DNA of 32,000 nt from positions 60,001-92,000 of the forward strand of contig JBAZYK010000006.1 in assembly GCA_041659405.1 (NCBI GenBank), read 5' to 3'. The first letter of the stretch is position 1, and each line of letters begins with the position of its first letter. Shown piece by piece: positions 18,423-26,567 of this stretch. A program made the translations under genes and the position numbers. The notes below the pieces were generated by a model, which worked only from the letters and a program-made list of their open reading frames with translations, searched no databases and had not been told where the DNA came from. The DNA comes from Candidatus Altimarinota bacterium (lineage in GTDB: Bacteria > Patescibacteriota > Gracilibacteria > UBA1369).

Positions 18423-19031
18423 ATGATGAAGGAACAAACCCCGCTTAATCCTTTGTTGGAGGAGGCCGAACAAAAAAAGTTAAAGGGTGAACATTTGGAA
18501 GCCATCAAGGTTTGTGAAAAAATCCTGATCAATGATTTGGATTGCATTGAAGCCTACGAAGAAATTGGCGACAACTATTTAAGTCTGCGCCAGTACGACA
18601 AGGCCAAGAAAGCCCTTGCCAGAGCCATTCATCTTGATGCCCGCAGTGCCAACGCCAATTATCTTTCGGGCTTTGTTTTTTCCGCGATCGGCAACTTTAA
18701 AAAATCAATTGAATACCTTGAACGTGCCGATGAAATCCAACCAAATCATCCGGAAATTTTACGTTGTCTGGGTTGGTCAATTTTTCATGATGGCCAACGC
18801 AAACGCGGCGTGATCCTTTTGGAAAGAGCTTTGAATTTAAAGAAAGATGATCCATTAATTTTAAGCGATTTGGGAATTTGCTATTTAAATGACAAGAATT
18901 TTGACCGTTCATCTGTGCTTTTCAAACGCGTGCTGGAAATCGAACCACAAAACGAAAAAGCCCGCGAATGCCTAAACGCCGTCAGATTCTTCCAAAAAGA
19001 ATTCAAAAAGTTCCGACAGGAGAATAGCTAA
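18423..19031 (+). CDS. Tetratricopeptide repeat protein
   Basis: Several TPR units, e.g. IEAYEEIGDNYLSLRQYDKAKKALARAIHLDA, ANYLSGFVFSAIGNFKKSIEYLERADEIQP, PLILSDLGICYLNDKNFDRSSVLFKRVLEIEP. Start at MMKEQ. Confidence 0.85.
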   Translation: MMKEQTPLNPLLEEAEQKKLKGEHLEAIKVCEKILINDLDCIEAYEEIGDNYLSLRQYDKAKKALARAIHLDARSANANYLSGFVFSAIGNFKKSIEYLERADEIQPNHPEILRCLGWSIFHDGQRKRGVILLERALNLKKDDPLILSDLGICYLNDKNFDRSSVLFKRVLEIEPQNEKARECLNAVRFFQKEFKKFRQENS

Positions 19032-19058
19032 ACTCACTCCGCTCGCGATAACAGGATT

Positions 19059-19316
19059 TCACAATCCTTCATAAATATCCTTACGATGCCTGGCATAAAT
19101 AAGGATAATTTTTTGCTTTTCCAGTTTAAAAACCAGGCGATAATCACCAATTCTAAATCTAAAAACATCTTTATATCCCTTGAGTTTTTTGGCAAACAAC
19201 AAAGGGTTTTCAGTCTTTATCAAAAAACTCAGTTTTTCTTTTATTCTCGGCTGAAGACTTTTCTCCAGTTTATTAAAATCATCAACAAAATCTTTAGTGG
19301 TGATAAATTCGTACAT
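19059..19316 (-). CDS. Type II toxin, RelE/ParE family
   Basis: YEFITTKDFVDDFNKLEKSLQPRIKEKLSFL...LKGYKDVFRFRIGDYRLVFKLEKQKIILIYARHRKDIY, a typical RelE fold signature. Confidence 0.88.
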   Translation of the reverse strand: MYEFITTKDFVDDFNKLEKSLQPRIKEKLSFLIKTENPLLFAKKLKGYKDVFRFRIGDYRLVFKLEKQKIILIYARHRKDIYEGL

Positions 19317-19319
19317 CAA

Positions 19320-19580
19320 TTACAAAATAGATTCTAAAGGGAATTTTTTGGCCTTCTTAAGCTTTTTCAAGCTTGCATCCAGCTCTGTTTTAAACTCATT
19401 TTTTAACGGCAGATTTTCTTCGATTAAATCTTCAAACTCCTGTTTACTCAAAAAAATACCAATCTCCTTGCCATTTTTAACAATACGAACAATTTTGGCA
19501 TCAAGAGCTTTAGCCGGATTTTTTTGCAATTCCGAAAGCGAAACAATCTTTTCTTTGCTTAATACGGACGAGGTGGTCAT
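19320..19580 (-). CDS. Antitoxin, Phd/YefM-like, cognate to the adjacent RelE/ParE toxin
   Basis: MTTSSVLSKEKIVSLSELQKNPAKALDAKIVRIVKNGKEIGIFLSKQEFEDLIEENLPLKNE; ends 3 nt before the toxin ATG. The ORF-track start at 19898 is upstream read-through. Confidence 0.78.
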   Translation of the reverse strand: MTTSSVLSKEKIVSLSELQKNPAKALDAKIVRIVKNGKEIGIFLSKQEFEDLIEENLPLKNEFKTELDASLKKLKKAKKFPLESIL

Positions 19581-19608
19581 ATAAAGTTTATAGTTAAATA
19601 CTACTATA

Positions 19609-19637
19609 AGTTTATCGTAGAATTCCCAATTAGTCAA
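19609..19637 (-). promoter_or_regulatory. Promoter of the toxin-antitoxin operon
   Basis: Minus-strand TTGACT (19637-19632), 17-bp spacer, TAAACT (19614-19609), 29 nt before the antitoxin ATG. Confidence 0.5.
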
Positions 19638-19679
19638 CGGATAGGGCGCAAGATTCACGGGCAAATAAGTCATTATTAT

Positions 19680-19707
19680 TTGACATGTGGAAATATTTTC
19701 ATAAAAT
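19680..19707 (+). promoter_or_regulatory. Promoter of the 19729 hypothetical gene
   Basis: TTGACA (19680-19685), 16-bp spacer, TAAAAT (19702-19707), 21 nt before the ATG. Confidence 0.5.
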
Positions 19708-19728
19708 GGAACCACATTATTCAAAATT

Positions 19729-20031
19729 ATGGCATTTTCACAAGAAACAATCACAGCCCTTGGTCGCGAATATGACGACGCACTAAAAGTTGTTACTGAG
19801 GTCAAACAACAAAGACGAGTACTCAAATTAGCTGGTTTACCGGGAAAAATCGATAGTGGCCCACTCACAGTTATAAGAGCTACATTAGACAGCCTCACTA
19901 AAGCTTTAGAAGGAATTAATGATCCTAATCAAGATGGCCCCAACCTTGTTGTAGCAAGATTGAGAAAAAAAGTAGGAACCTTGCAACGTTGTTTACTAGA
20001 GTTAGACCCAGTACAAAAAGAGGAAGCCTAA
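19729..20031 (+). CDS. Hypothetical protein, 100 aa, predicted helical
   Basis: ORF with good -35/-10 upstream; MAFSQETITALGREYDDALKVVTEVKQQRRVLKLAGLPGKIDSGPLTVIRATLDSL... Confidence 0.6.
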   Translation: MAFSQETITALGREYDDALKVVTEVKQQRRVLKLAGLPGKIDSGPLTVIRATLDSLTKALEGINDPNQDGPNLVVARLRKKVGTLQRCLLELDPVQKEEA

Positions 20032-20063
20032 TAGAATCCATCCCGCGCAGTCAGCTCAAGCCC

Positions 20064-20091
20064 TTGCCAAATTTCAAATTCCGTATACAAT
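20064..20091 (+). promoter_or_regulatory. Candidate rnpB promoter
   Basis: TTGCCA (20064-20069), 16-bp spacer, TACAAT (20086-20091). The expected +1 (~20098) coincides with the first base of the inferred P1 helix. Confidence 0.5.
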
Positions 20092-20097
20092 TAACAA

Positions 20098-20712
20098 GCT
20101 CTACCAGTGAATGATCGCTGCAGCTTTCTTTTCTAAAAAAAAGCATGAACGAAAAAGCTTGAAGCAAAGCGTGAATTATTTTGGGATTGGGTCTCGTGGG
20201 TCCCAATCCCAAAATAATTCCGCTACCGCGAAAAGCTTTTAAGTGAATACAATATAGGGAAAGAGAGCACCACGAGAGAAAACCGTCAGGTTGTCTCTCG
20301 TGAACTGCAGAGGAAAGTCCGAGCACCATGGAACAGGATGGCTTCTAACGGAAGCGGCTCAGCATGAAAGTGTTGAGTACGGAAAGTACCACAGAGACTA
20401 TGAAAGCTGCGCGCAAGCGTAGCCAAAGGTGAAAAGCCCAGTCGTAAAGCGTAAAATTCCAGGCCGCGGCGCAAGCCAATAAGCCAGAATGTAACGCCAG
20501 ACAGGGCGCCCCTCGGTGACGAGGAGACGTGGCAAACCCTATCCGGTGCAAGGTGGGATGGAAGAAAAAGATCAAGTTTTGTTCCAAAACCTTTTTCTGC
20601 CCACCGCACGATTTCATAGGCAACTATGAAACAAGAGAGATGATCATACTTTGTTTATGCGCCGCAAGGTGCATCAACAGAGAACAAAACTCGGCTTATG
20701 ATCTGGTAGAGC
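20098..20712 (+). ncRNA. rnpB: RNase P RNA (bacterial type A), with an apparent insertion between P1 and P3
   Basis: CR-I GAGGAAAGTCCGAGC (20310-20324) pairs with CR-V ACAAAACTCGGCTTAT (20684-20699), with compensatory CCGAG/CTCGG in P4. GAAAGTACCACAGAGA, P3 CACGAGAGA/TCTCTCGTG, P15 loop CCGGTGCAAGG, P18 TTTCATAG-GCAA-CTATGAAA. Perfect 10-bp P1: GCTCTACCAG (20098-20107)/CTGGTAGAGC (20703-20712). Identity is firm; the 5' boundary is less certain (the conserved body starts by about 20265). Confidence 0.92.
20153..20240 (+). repeat. Long nested inverted repeat in the 5' part of rnpB
   Basis: AAAAGCTT (20153-20160)/AAGCTTTT (20233-20240); AGCG (20168-20171)/CGCT (20221-20224); perfect 19-bp GAATTATTTTGGGATTGGG (20173-20191)/CCCAATCCCAAAATAATTC (20202-20220) around tctcgtgggt. 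Confidence 0.93.
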
Positions 20713-20848
20713 AATATTGAAAACCAAAAATTATCGCAAAATCCATCCCCATCCGCTATACTTGCGAAGGTTTTTGAATTGCGCGACTTTGCTGCACGAC
20801 CATGCCCGCAACTTTCTCGCAAACTCCCACGCACCCTCACACCCGCAC

Positions 20849-22291
20849 ATGAAACGTTCCGAAATCGCTTTTGGCTTACTGCGCATCCCCATCGACTTTT
20901 TGATGACCCTCTTCGCCTTTTTGTTGGCGTATCGCATCAGAGCGATTGTGGATTTAATTCCCGGAATTCATCTTCCTTTAGACCTGGAATCGTTTCCGTC
21001 ACTCGACCAATACGTCCAATTCAGCATCACCGGCGCGCTGGCACTTGTGGCGCTTTTTGCCTTAAACAAAATGTATTCGCTCAAATCCACCACCGGCAAA
21101 GGCCGCGAACTCGGGCAAGTCATCATCACCACAATTATCTGGTTAATGCTGATTATTGCCTACTTTTTTCTGACCAGAACCTTTCCATTTTCACGCCTTG
21201 CCTTAATTTACACCTGGGTTTTAACAATCCTGCTTATTTCCGTTGGAAGGCTATTTATCCGCATGCTGCAGCACTTTATTCTACTCGCCGGAATCGGCAA
21301 AAAAAGAATTGTTTTTGTGGGCGATAACGAAATCAGCCAAAAACTTTATAAAATGCTCAAAAAAGACAGCAGTTATGTCTGTTTGGGTGTGATTGATGAG
21401 CACGAAAATCCCAAATACGAACTCCCCTCTTTGGGATCGCTTAAAGATCTGGCGCAAATCGTCAAAAATCATGAAGTTGAAGAAATCATTCAAACCAAAT
21501 CCGACCTTAAAAAAGAAGAAGCCACCCAGTTGTTGGAATTCTGCCGCGAAAATCACTTAAGTTTTAGTTTTGTGCCGAGTTTGCTGGAGGTTCAGCAGAC
21601 CAATGTGGAAACCATTGCGATGGCCGGAATCCCTGTAATTAAGCTTAAACCGACTGCGCTTGATGGCTGGAGCAAAATCATTAAAAGAATTTTTGATATT
21701 TTTGGAGGAATTATTGGTCTGATTATTTTTTCTCCGATTTTTTTGGTAATTGCGATTGCGATTAAACTTGATTCCAAAGGCACAATTTTCTTTAAATTTT
21801 TGGATGATGGATCCCGCGTAAAGCGCGTTGGTGAACACGGCCGGCTTTTCTATTTTTACAAATTCCGCACGATGCACCCAAAAACGCACAACCTGCGCTA
21901 CACCGAACTGGCCAAGCAAAACACGCGCAGTGATTCCCCGCTTGTGAAGATTAAAAACGATCCACGAGTGACTAAAGTCGGCAAGTTCCTGCGCAAAACC
22001 AGCCTGGACGAACTTCCACAACTCCTCAATGTTTTAAAAGGTGAAATGAGTTTGGTTGGCCCCCGCCCGCATTTGCCGGAAGAGGTCGCCAAATACCAAA
22101 AACGCCACCGGTTTGTGCTGACAATTAAGCCCGGAATTACCGGTCTGGCCCAAATCAGCGGCCGCAGCGACCTGAATTTCGAAGAAGAAATCCGCCTGGA
22201 CACTTTCTACATTGAACACTGGTCTTTATGGCTTGATATAAAGATAATCCTAAAAACTTTCCTGATTCCGTTTAAGCGATATGAGGAATAG
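20849..22291 (+). CDS. Exopolysaccharide biosynthesis polyprenyl glycosylphosphotransferase (bacterial sugar transferase)
   Basis: N-terminal TM bundle, CoA-binding-like middle region, then [106 protein letters not shown]. Confidence 0.93.
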   Translation: MKRSEIAFGLLRIPIDFLMTLFAFLLAYRIRAIVDLIPGIHLPLDLESFPSLDQYVQFSITGALALVALFALNKMYSLKSTTGKGRELGQVIITTIIWLMLIIAYFFLTRTFPFSRLALIYTWVLTILLISVGRLFIRMLQHFILLAGIGKKRIVFVGDNEISQKLYKMLKKDSSYVCLGVIDEHENPKYELPSLGSLKDLAQIVKNHEVEEIIQTKSDLKKEEATQLLEFCRENHLSFSFVPSLLEVQQTNVETIAMAGIPVIKLKPTALDGWSKIIKRIFDIFGGIIGLIIFSPIFLVIAIAIKLDSKGTIFFKFLDDGSRVKRVGEHGRLFYFYKFRTMHPKTHNLRYTELAKQNTRSDSPLVKIKNDPRVTKVGKFLRKTSLDELPQLLNVLKGEMSLVGPRPHLPEEVAKYQKRHRFVLTIKPGITGLAQISGRSDLNFEEEIRLDTFYIEHWSLWLDIKIILKTFLIPFKRYEE

Positions 22292-22320
22292 TGGAGCTAA
22301 ATGAAAACAGCTCCTCCCAA

Positions 22321-23415
22321 CTACTTTCTAAGATAATTAATCACGCCTTCAGCTTTTGCGGTTAATTCGTATTTACCACCCGGTAATTTTTCGAGCAAAT
22401 CTTCTTCAATTAAGAAACTAATCTGCTCGGCAGCCCCCTTAAAACTACTAATCAATCCACTTATATCACCGGTCCCCGTCCTATAAGTTACCATCAAAAC
22501 AATCACAGCCTGTGGCCGAGCCCTTAAACTGGCAATAAGCTCCAGTTTAACCAGTATTTCCCTTAACCTGGAAATTGCGATTGCCTGTTTTAATTCCAAA
22601 ACAAGTTTTGAATCTGTAAGATTTAGAGTTGTGGCTTTTGAAAGTATTGCCTCTGATAATTCGGCTCTCTCCCCGGATTCGGCAATCTTGGTTTGAACTT
22701 CGGCACAAATTGTTTCTGGTCCTGGAGCTTGTGTTGAACAATAATCGGGATAAGCATGCGTTTTCCTGTCCCTGGGATCAGCCACGGGCACTTTAGCTGT
22801 AACATCAACTGCAAAGATCACTTCGATTTCTTCTTTAAACGTTCTGTCAGCCAAACCACGCACAAAGGCAATCTCTTTAACAATTAGTTCTAAAGCACGA
22901 TCATATATTTCCTTTTCAGCAGGAGACAATTGTCTAATATTTCTTCTGGAAGATAGATCACGGAAAACCTCAGCCAAATCATAAATGTTTCCGGTTGCAA
23001 GTTTAATCTTTAAATTTTTAAAATGCCTATACCAGTCTGCCCCACTGATAGATAATTTAGCGGGTTGTTCATGAAATATCTTAAAAACTTCACGAACTTC
23101 TGCCTCGCCAATCAACGGACGAAGACCTAAAGTTCGTGCCGTTTCAACAGGAACTATTATCTTATGATTGGTTCGATTGAGAGTTGAAAGTGGAGTCGCA
23201 ACAACCCCGAGTACGTAACATTTCTGCCGATTTCCAGCCATGTCATTTTCTTCTATCGCAATCACCTCCACAACACCCTGCCCGGGATAAACAACTTTAT
23301 CACCAACTTTAAAATCGCCTTCAGGCGCAGAAAGAGTATCGGCAACAACCGGAGCAACAGGGCTTGCAAACGGCACTGCCGGGTCTAGATCATCATGTAT
23401 TCCTTCTGCAGCCAT
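22321..23415 (-). CDS. CarD-like/TRCF RNA-polymerase-interacting domain protein with long C-terminal extension
   Basis: FKVGDKVVYPGQGVVEVIAIEENDMAGNRQKCYVLGVV...IIVPVETARTLGLRPLIGEAEVREVFKIFHE...DWYRHFKNLKIKLATGNIYDLAEVFRDLSSR: CarD domain arrangement, plus ~190 aa beyond it. Confidence 0.78.
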   Translation of the reverse strand: MAAEGIHDDLDPAVPFASPVAPVVADTLSAPEGDFKVGDKVVYPGQGVVEVIAIEENDMAGNRQKCYVLGVVATPLSTLNRTNHKIIVPVETARTLGLRPLIGEAEVREVFKIFHEQPAKLSISGADWYRHFKNLKIKLATGNIYDLAEVFRDLSSRRNIRQLSPAEKEIYDRALELIVKEIAFVRGLADRTFKEEIEVIFAVDVTAKVPVADPRDRKTHAYPDYCSTQAPGPETICAEVQTKIAESGERAELSEAILSKATTLNLTDSKLVLELKQAIAISRLREILVKLELIASLRARPQAVIVLMVTYRTGTGDISGLISSFKGAAEQISFLIEEDLLEKLPGGKYELTAKAEGVINYLRK

Positions 23416-23435
23416 AGTAATAAAAAATCAAGTGC

Positions 23436-23600
23436 CTACGCCGCACGATTAAACAATCCCATTTTTTCCATTTCTGCTAACCTTTTAGCTTGCATACCGG
23501 CAATTTTTTTATCATCGCATGGTACTGCAATAGTTTCACTTAGATCTGCTGTTACAACAACTGATTCACCTTCACCTGGTCCGTCTTTTAATTGTGCCAT
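23436..23600 (-). CDS. Candidate small protein, 54 aa, below the ORF-track cutoff
   Basis: Minus-strand ATG...TAG encoding MAQLKDGPGEGESVVVTADLSETIAVPCDDKKIAGMQAKRLAEMEKMGLFNRAA. 20 nt upstream of the CarD-like gene, same strand. Confidence 0.5.
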   Translation of the reverse strand: MAQLKDGPGEGESVVVTADLSETIAVPCDDKKIAGMQAKRLAEMEKMGLFNRAA

Positions 23601-23822
23601 AAAAATTAAATTAAAATATAGAAAATTTAATACAAGGGTATATTCTATCTAATCCCGTGATTTTGTCAATGTTTCCGCCGGAAAATCAACGCAAAAACAT
23701 GGATGAACAGGTACTTTCAACAACACTACTTGAATTAGCCATTGCCCATTTACTTTAAGCCAAAAATCTTTTAGACTCTTAAACGCGCTTTTAGCATAAA
23801 ACTAATCATTAATTGAACTCCC

Positions 23823-26567
23823 GTGATCCACAAAATTATCAACAAACTTCTGGGCGACCAAAACGAAAAAGAGCTCAAAAAGCTTTGGCCTTTGGTTGCC
23901 AAGGTTAACGCCGTCTATGAAGAGTACGAGAAAAATCTGCCGGAATCCGACATCCCTAAAAAAACCGAGGAATTCAAAACTCGCCTAAAAAACGGAGAAA
24001 CTCTGGATCAAATTATGCCGGAAGCATTCGCTTTGGTTAAACATGCCTGCAAAAAACTCATTGGCAAAAAATGGCTTGTGCGTGGCAACGAAACCACCTG
24101 GGACATGGTTCCTTTTGACGTTCAAATTCTTGGTGGAATCGTTCTTCATCAGGGCCGCATCGCCGAAATGAAAACGGGTGAAGGTAAAACTCTGGTTTGT
24201 ACCATGCCGGTTTATCTTAATGCTCTTGCCGGAAAAGGCGTGCACGTTGTTACGGTTAATGACTATCTTGCTCATCGCGATTCCGAATGGATGGGCGGTC
24301 TTTTTAAATTCCTTGGTCTAACCGTTGGAATTGTTGTGCATGAACAGCCGCGTGAAGCCAAAAAAGAGGCTTACAACGCCGACATCACTTATGGCACAAA
24401 CAACGAATTTGGTTTTGATTATCTGCGTGATAACATGGCGCAAAGCCAGGAAAATATCGCTCAGCGTGAGCTTTCTTATGCCATTGTGGATGAAGTGGAT
24501 TCCATTTTGATTGATGAGGCCAGAACGCCGTTAATTATTTCCGCTCCGGCCGAGGAATCGACTTCCAAATATGTTCGTTATTCTCAGCTTGTACGCAATC
24601 TTTTGGAAGTAACCGATTATGTTATTGATGAAAAGCAAAAAACCGCAAGTTTGACCGAAGAAGGTATCGCCAAAATGGAAGGTCTTCTGGGGGTTGATAA
24701 CATTTATACCGATGCCGGATTTAGTGAAGTACATCACCTGGAACAGGCGCTCAAAGCTCAAACAGTTTATAAAAATGACATCGATTATGTGGTAAAAGAT
24801 GGTGAAATTTTGATTGTTGATGAGTTTACCGGCCGCATTATGCCGGGTCGTCGTTACTCGGATGGTCTGCATCAGGCAATTGAAGCCAAAGAAGGTGTGG
24901 AAGTTAAGCGTGAAAGCCGCACACTCGCCACCATTACTTTTCAAAATTATTTCCGTCTCTTTAAAAAATTGGCGGGCATGACCGGTACAGCACTAACAGA
25001 AGCCGAAGAATTCCTCCAAATTTACCGACTTGAAACAATTGTGATTCCAACTCACCATGCGGTTCAAAGGTTGGATGGAGCCGACATGATCTACAAAAAT
25101 CAGAAAGGCAAATACATGGCTGTCGCTAAAAAGGTTAAGGAATTATACGAAAAAGGTCAGCCGGTTTTGATTGGTACGATTTCGATTGAGAAATCCGAAA
25201 TCATGAACAAATTGTTGCAAATGGAAGGCGTTCCGCACAATGTTTTGAATGCCAAAAATCACGAACGCGAAGCCGAAATCGTGGCAAAGGCAGGCCAAAA
25301 AGGAGCCGTTACCATTGCCACCAACATGGCCGGTCGTGGAACGGATATTAAACTTGGTGAAGGTGTTACAGATTTGGGTGGTTTAGTGGTGATTGCCACC
25401 GAGCGTCATGAAGCCCGCCGCATCGATAACCAGTTGCGTGGTCGTAGTGGTCGTCAGGGTGACCCGGGTGAAAGCCAATTTTTTGTTTCGATGGAGGATG
25501 ATTTGATGCGTTTATTTGGTTCCGATCGCATTCAAAAAGTTATGGAAGGTTTAAATATGCCCGACGACATGCCAATTCAAAATAAGTGGATCAGCAATTC
25601 GATTGAAACTGCCCAAAAAAGCGTGGAAGGCCGCAACTTTGATATTCGTAAACATATTGTTGAATACGACGACGTAATGAACAAACATCGTGAAATTATT
25701 TATTCCCGCCGTCACAAAGTTTTGCAGAGCGACAACATCAAAAACGACATTATAATTCTGCTTGAAAAAGAAATTGAAAGTCTGGTTTTGCGTAACCGTA
25801 AAGAAGAAGCCGATCGTGACGAAAGCAAATATGATTACGAAAAAATGCTGGAAGAAATAAACGCACTTCATAAAGATTCGGTTTATCCGCTTTCAATTGA
25901 CCTTCTTTCCAAAGCGGACGATCAGGAAGATTTGATCGAAGCCGTAAAATTGTACTTCTTCAAGGAGTACGAAGAAAAAGAAAAAATGTTGAAAGATTCT
26001 TCAATTATGCGCCAAATTGAACGCGGCATTTATTTGAATGTGATCGATACTTTTTGGATGGAGCACATCGACAACATGACCCATTTGCGTGAAGGTGTAG
26101 CCCTGCGCGGTTATGGCCAGCGCGACCCGTTGGTTGAATACAAAAAGGAAGCTTTCAGCATGTTCAGCAAGATGATGGTTGGAATTCAGGCAAATACGGT
26201 AACTACAATTTTCAAATTGAATTTAAAAGCTCAACTACCGCAAGAAATGCTGCAAGTTGGCATGGCTCCAACAGTTCAAATGTTTACGAATGAAAACCAG
26301 ATTGAATCGGTACTTTCCGGCGATCATGGCGGCGGCATGGTTTTAGGTGAGAGCACGAATACGGGTTTTGGCGCAGGTAGTGGCGCAAACATGAACTCAG
26401 GCTTTAGCGCGAACGGTGGCGCGGGCACGGGCGCAAGCGGCAATCCGACCATAATCAAAGCCGATTCAGCCCCAGCCGGAAGCCACAAACCGGAAATCGG
26501 CCGCAACGATCTATGCACCTGCGGAAGCGGAAAAAAATATAAGAAATGCCATCAGTTAGCCAAATGA
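23823..26567 (+). CDS. secA: Protein translocase ATPase subunit SecA
   Basis: MKTGEGKTLVCTMPVYLNAL, DEVDSILIDEARTPLIIS, TNMAGRGTDIKLGEGV, GRSGRQGDPGESQFFVSMEDDLMRLFG, C-terminal SEC-C zinc motif CTCGSGKKYKKCH; GTG start. Confidence 0.97.
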   Translation: MIHKIINKLLGDQNEKELKKLWPLVAKVNAVYEEYEKNLPESDIPKKTEEFKTRLKNGETLDQIMPEAFALVKHACKKLIGKKWLVRGNETTWDMVPFDVQILGGIVLHQGRIAEMKTGEGKTLVCTMPVYLNALAGKGVHVVTVNDYLAHRDSEWMGGLFKFLGLTVGIVVHEQPREAKKEAYNADITYGTNNEFGFDYLRDNMAQSQENIAQRELSYAIVDEVDSILIDEARTPLIISAPAEESTSKYVRYSQLVRNLLEVTDYVIDEKQKTASLTEEGIAKMEGLLGVDNIYTDAGFSEVHHLEQALKAQTVYKNDIDYVVKDGEILIVDEFTGRIMPGRRYSDGLHQAIEAKEGVEVKRESRTLATITFQNYFRLFKKLAGMTGTALTEAEEFLQIYRLETIVIPTHHAVQRLDGADMIYKNQKGKYMAVAKKVKELYEKGQPVLIGTISIEKSEIMNKLLQMEGVPHNVLNAKNHEREAEIVAKAGQKGAVTIATNMAGRGTDIKLGEGVTDLGGLVVIATERHEARRIDNQLRGRSGRQGDPGESQFFVSMEDDLMRLFGSDRIQKVMEGLNMPDDMPIQNKWISNSIETAQKSVEGRNFDIRKHIVEYDDVMNKHREIIYSRRHKVLQSDNIKNDIIILLEKEIESLVLRNRKEEADRDESKYDYEKMLEEINALHKDSVYPLSIDLLSKADDQEDLIEAVKLYFFKEYEEKEKMLKDSSIMRQIERGIYLNVIDTFWMEHIDNMTHLREGVALRGYGQRDPLVEYKKEAFSMFSKMMVGIQANTVTTIFKLNLKAQLPQEMLQVGMAPTVQMFTNENQIESVLSGDHGGGMVLGESTNTGFGAGSGANMNSGFSANGGAGTGASGNPTIIKADSAPAGSHKPEIGRNDLCTCGSGKKYKKCHQLAK

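Noticed and set aside
19581-19898. N-terminal extension of the antitoxin ORF to 19898
   Set aside because: Antitoxin similarity begins at MTTSSVLS (19580); the extension crosses the promoter and the oppositely oriented 19729 gene.
20286-20623. ORFs of 107 aa, 92 aa and 63 aa across 20286-20720
   Set aside because: They lie on the RNase P RNA gene, whose conserved core accounts for the sequence.
20779-21327. 182-aa plus-strand ORF
   Set aside because: Out-of-frame overlap with the well-supported sugar transferase; Arg/His-rich shadow ORF.
22293-22314. GGAGCT...AGCTCC inverted repeat between the sugar transferase and the CarD-like gene as a terminator
   Set aside because: Only a 6-bp stem with a 10-nt loop and no U-tract; too weak to call as a feature.
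2839-26567. Recoding of TGA (UGA to Gly), as in Gracilibacteria/Absconditabacteria
   Set aside because: TGA ends genes at 4363-4365, 4809-4811 and 26565-26567 with immediately overlapping downstream starts, so it behaves as a normal stop.
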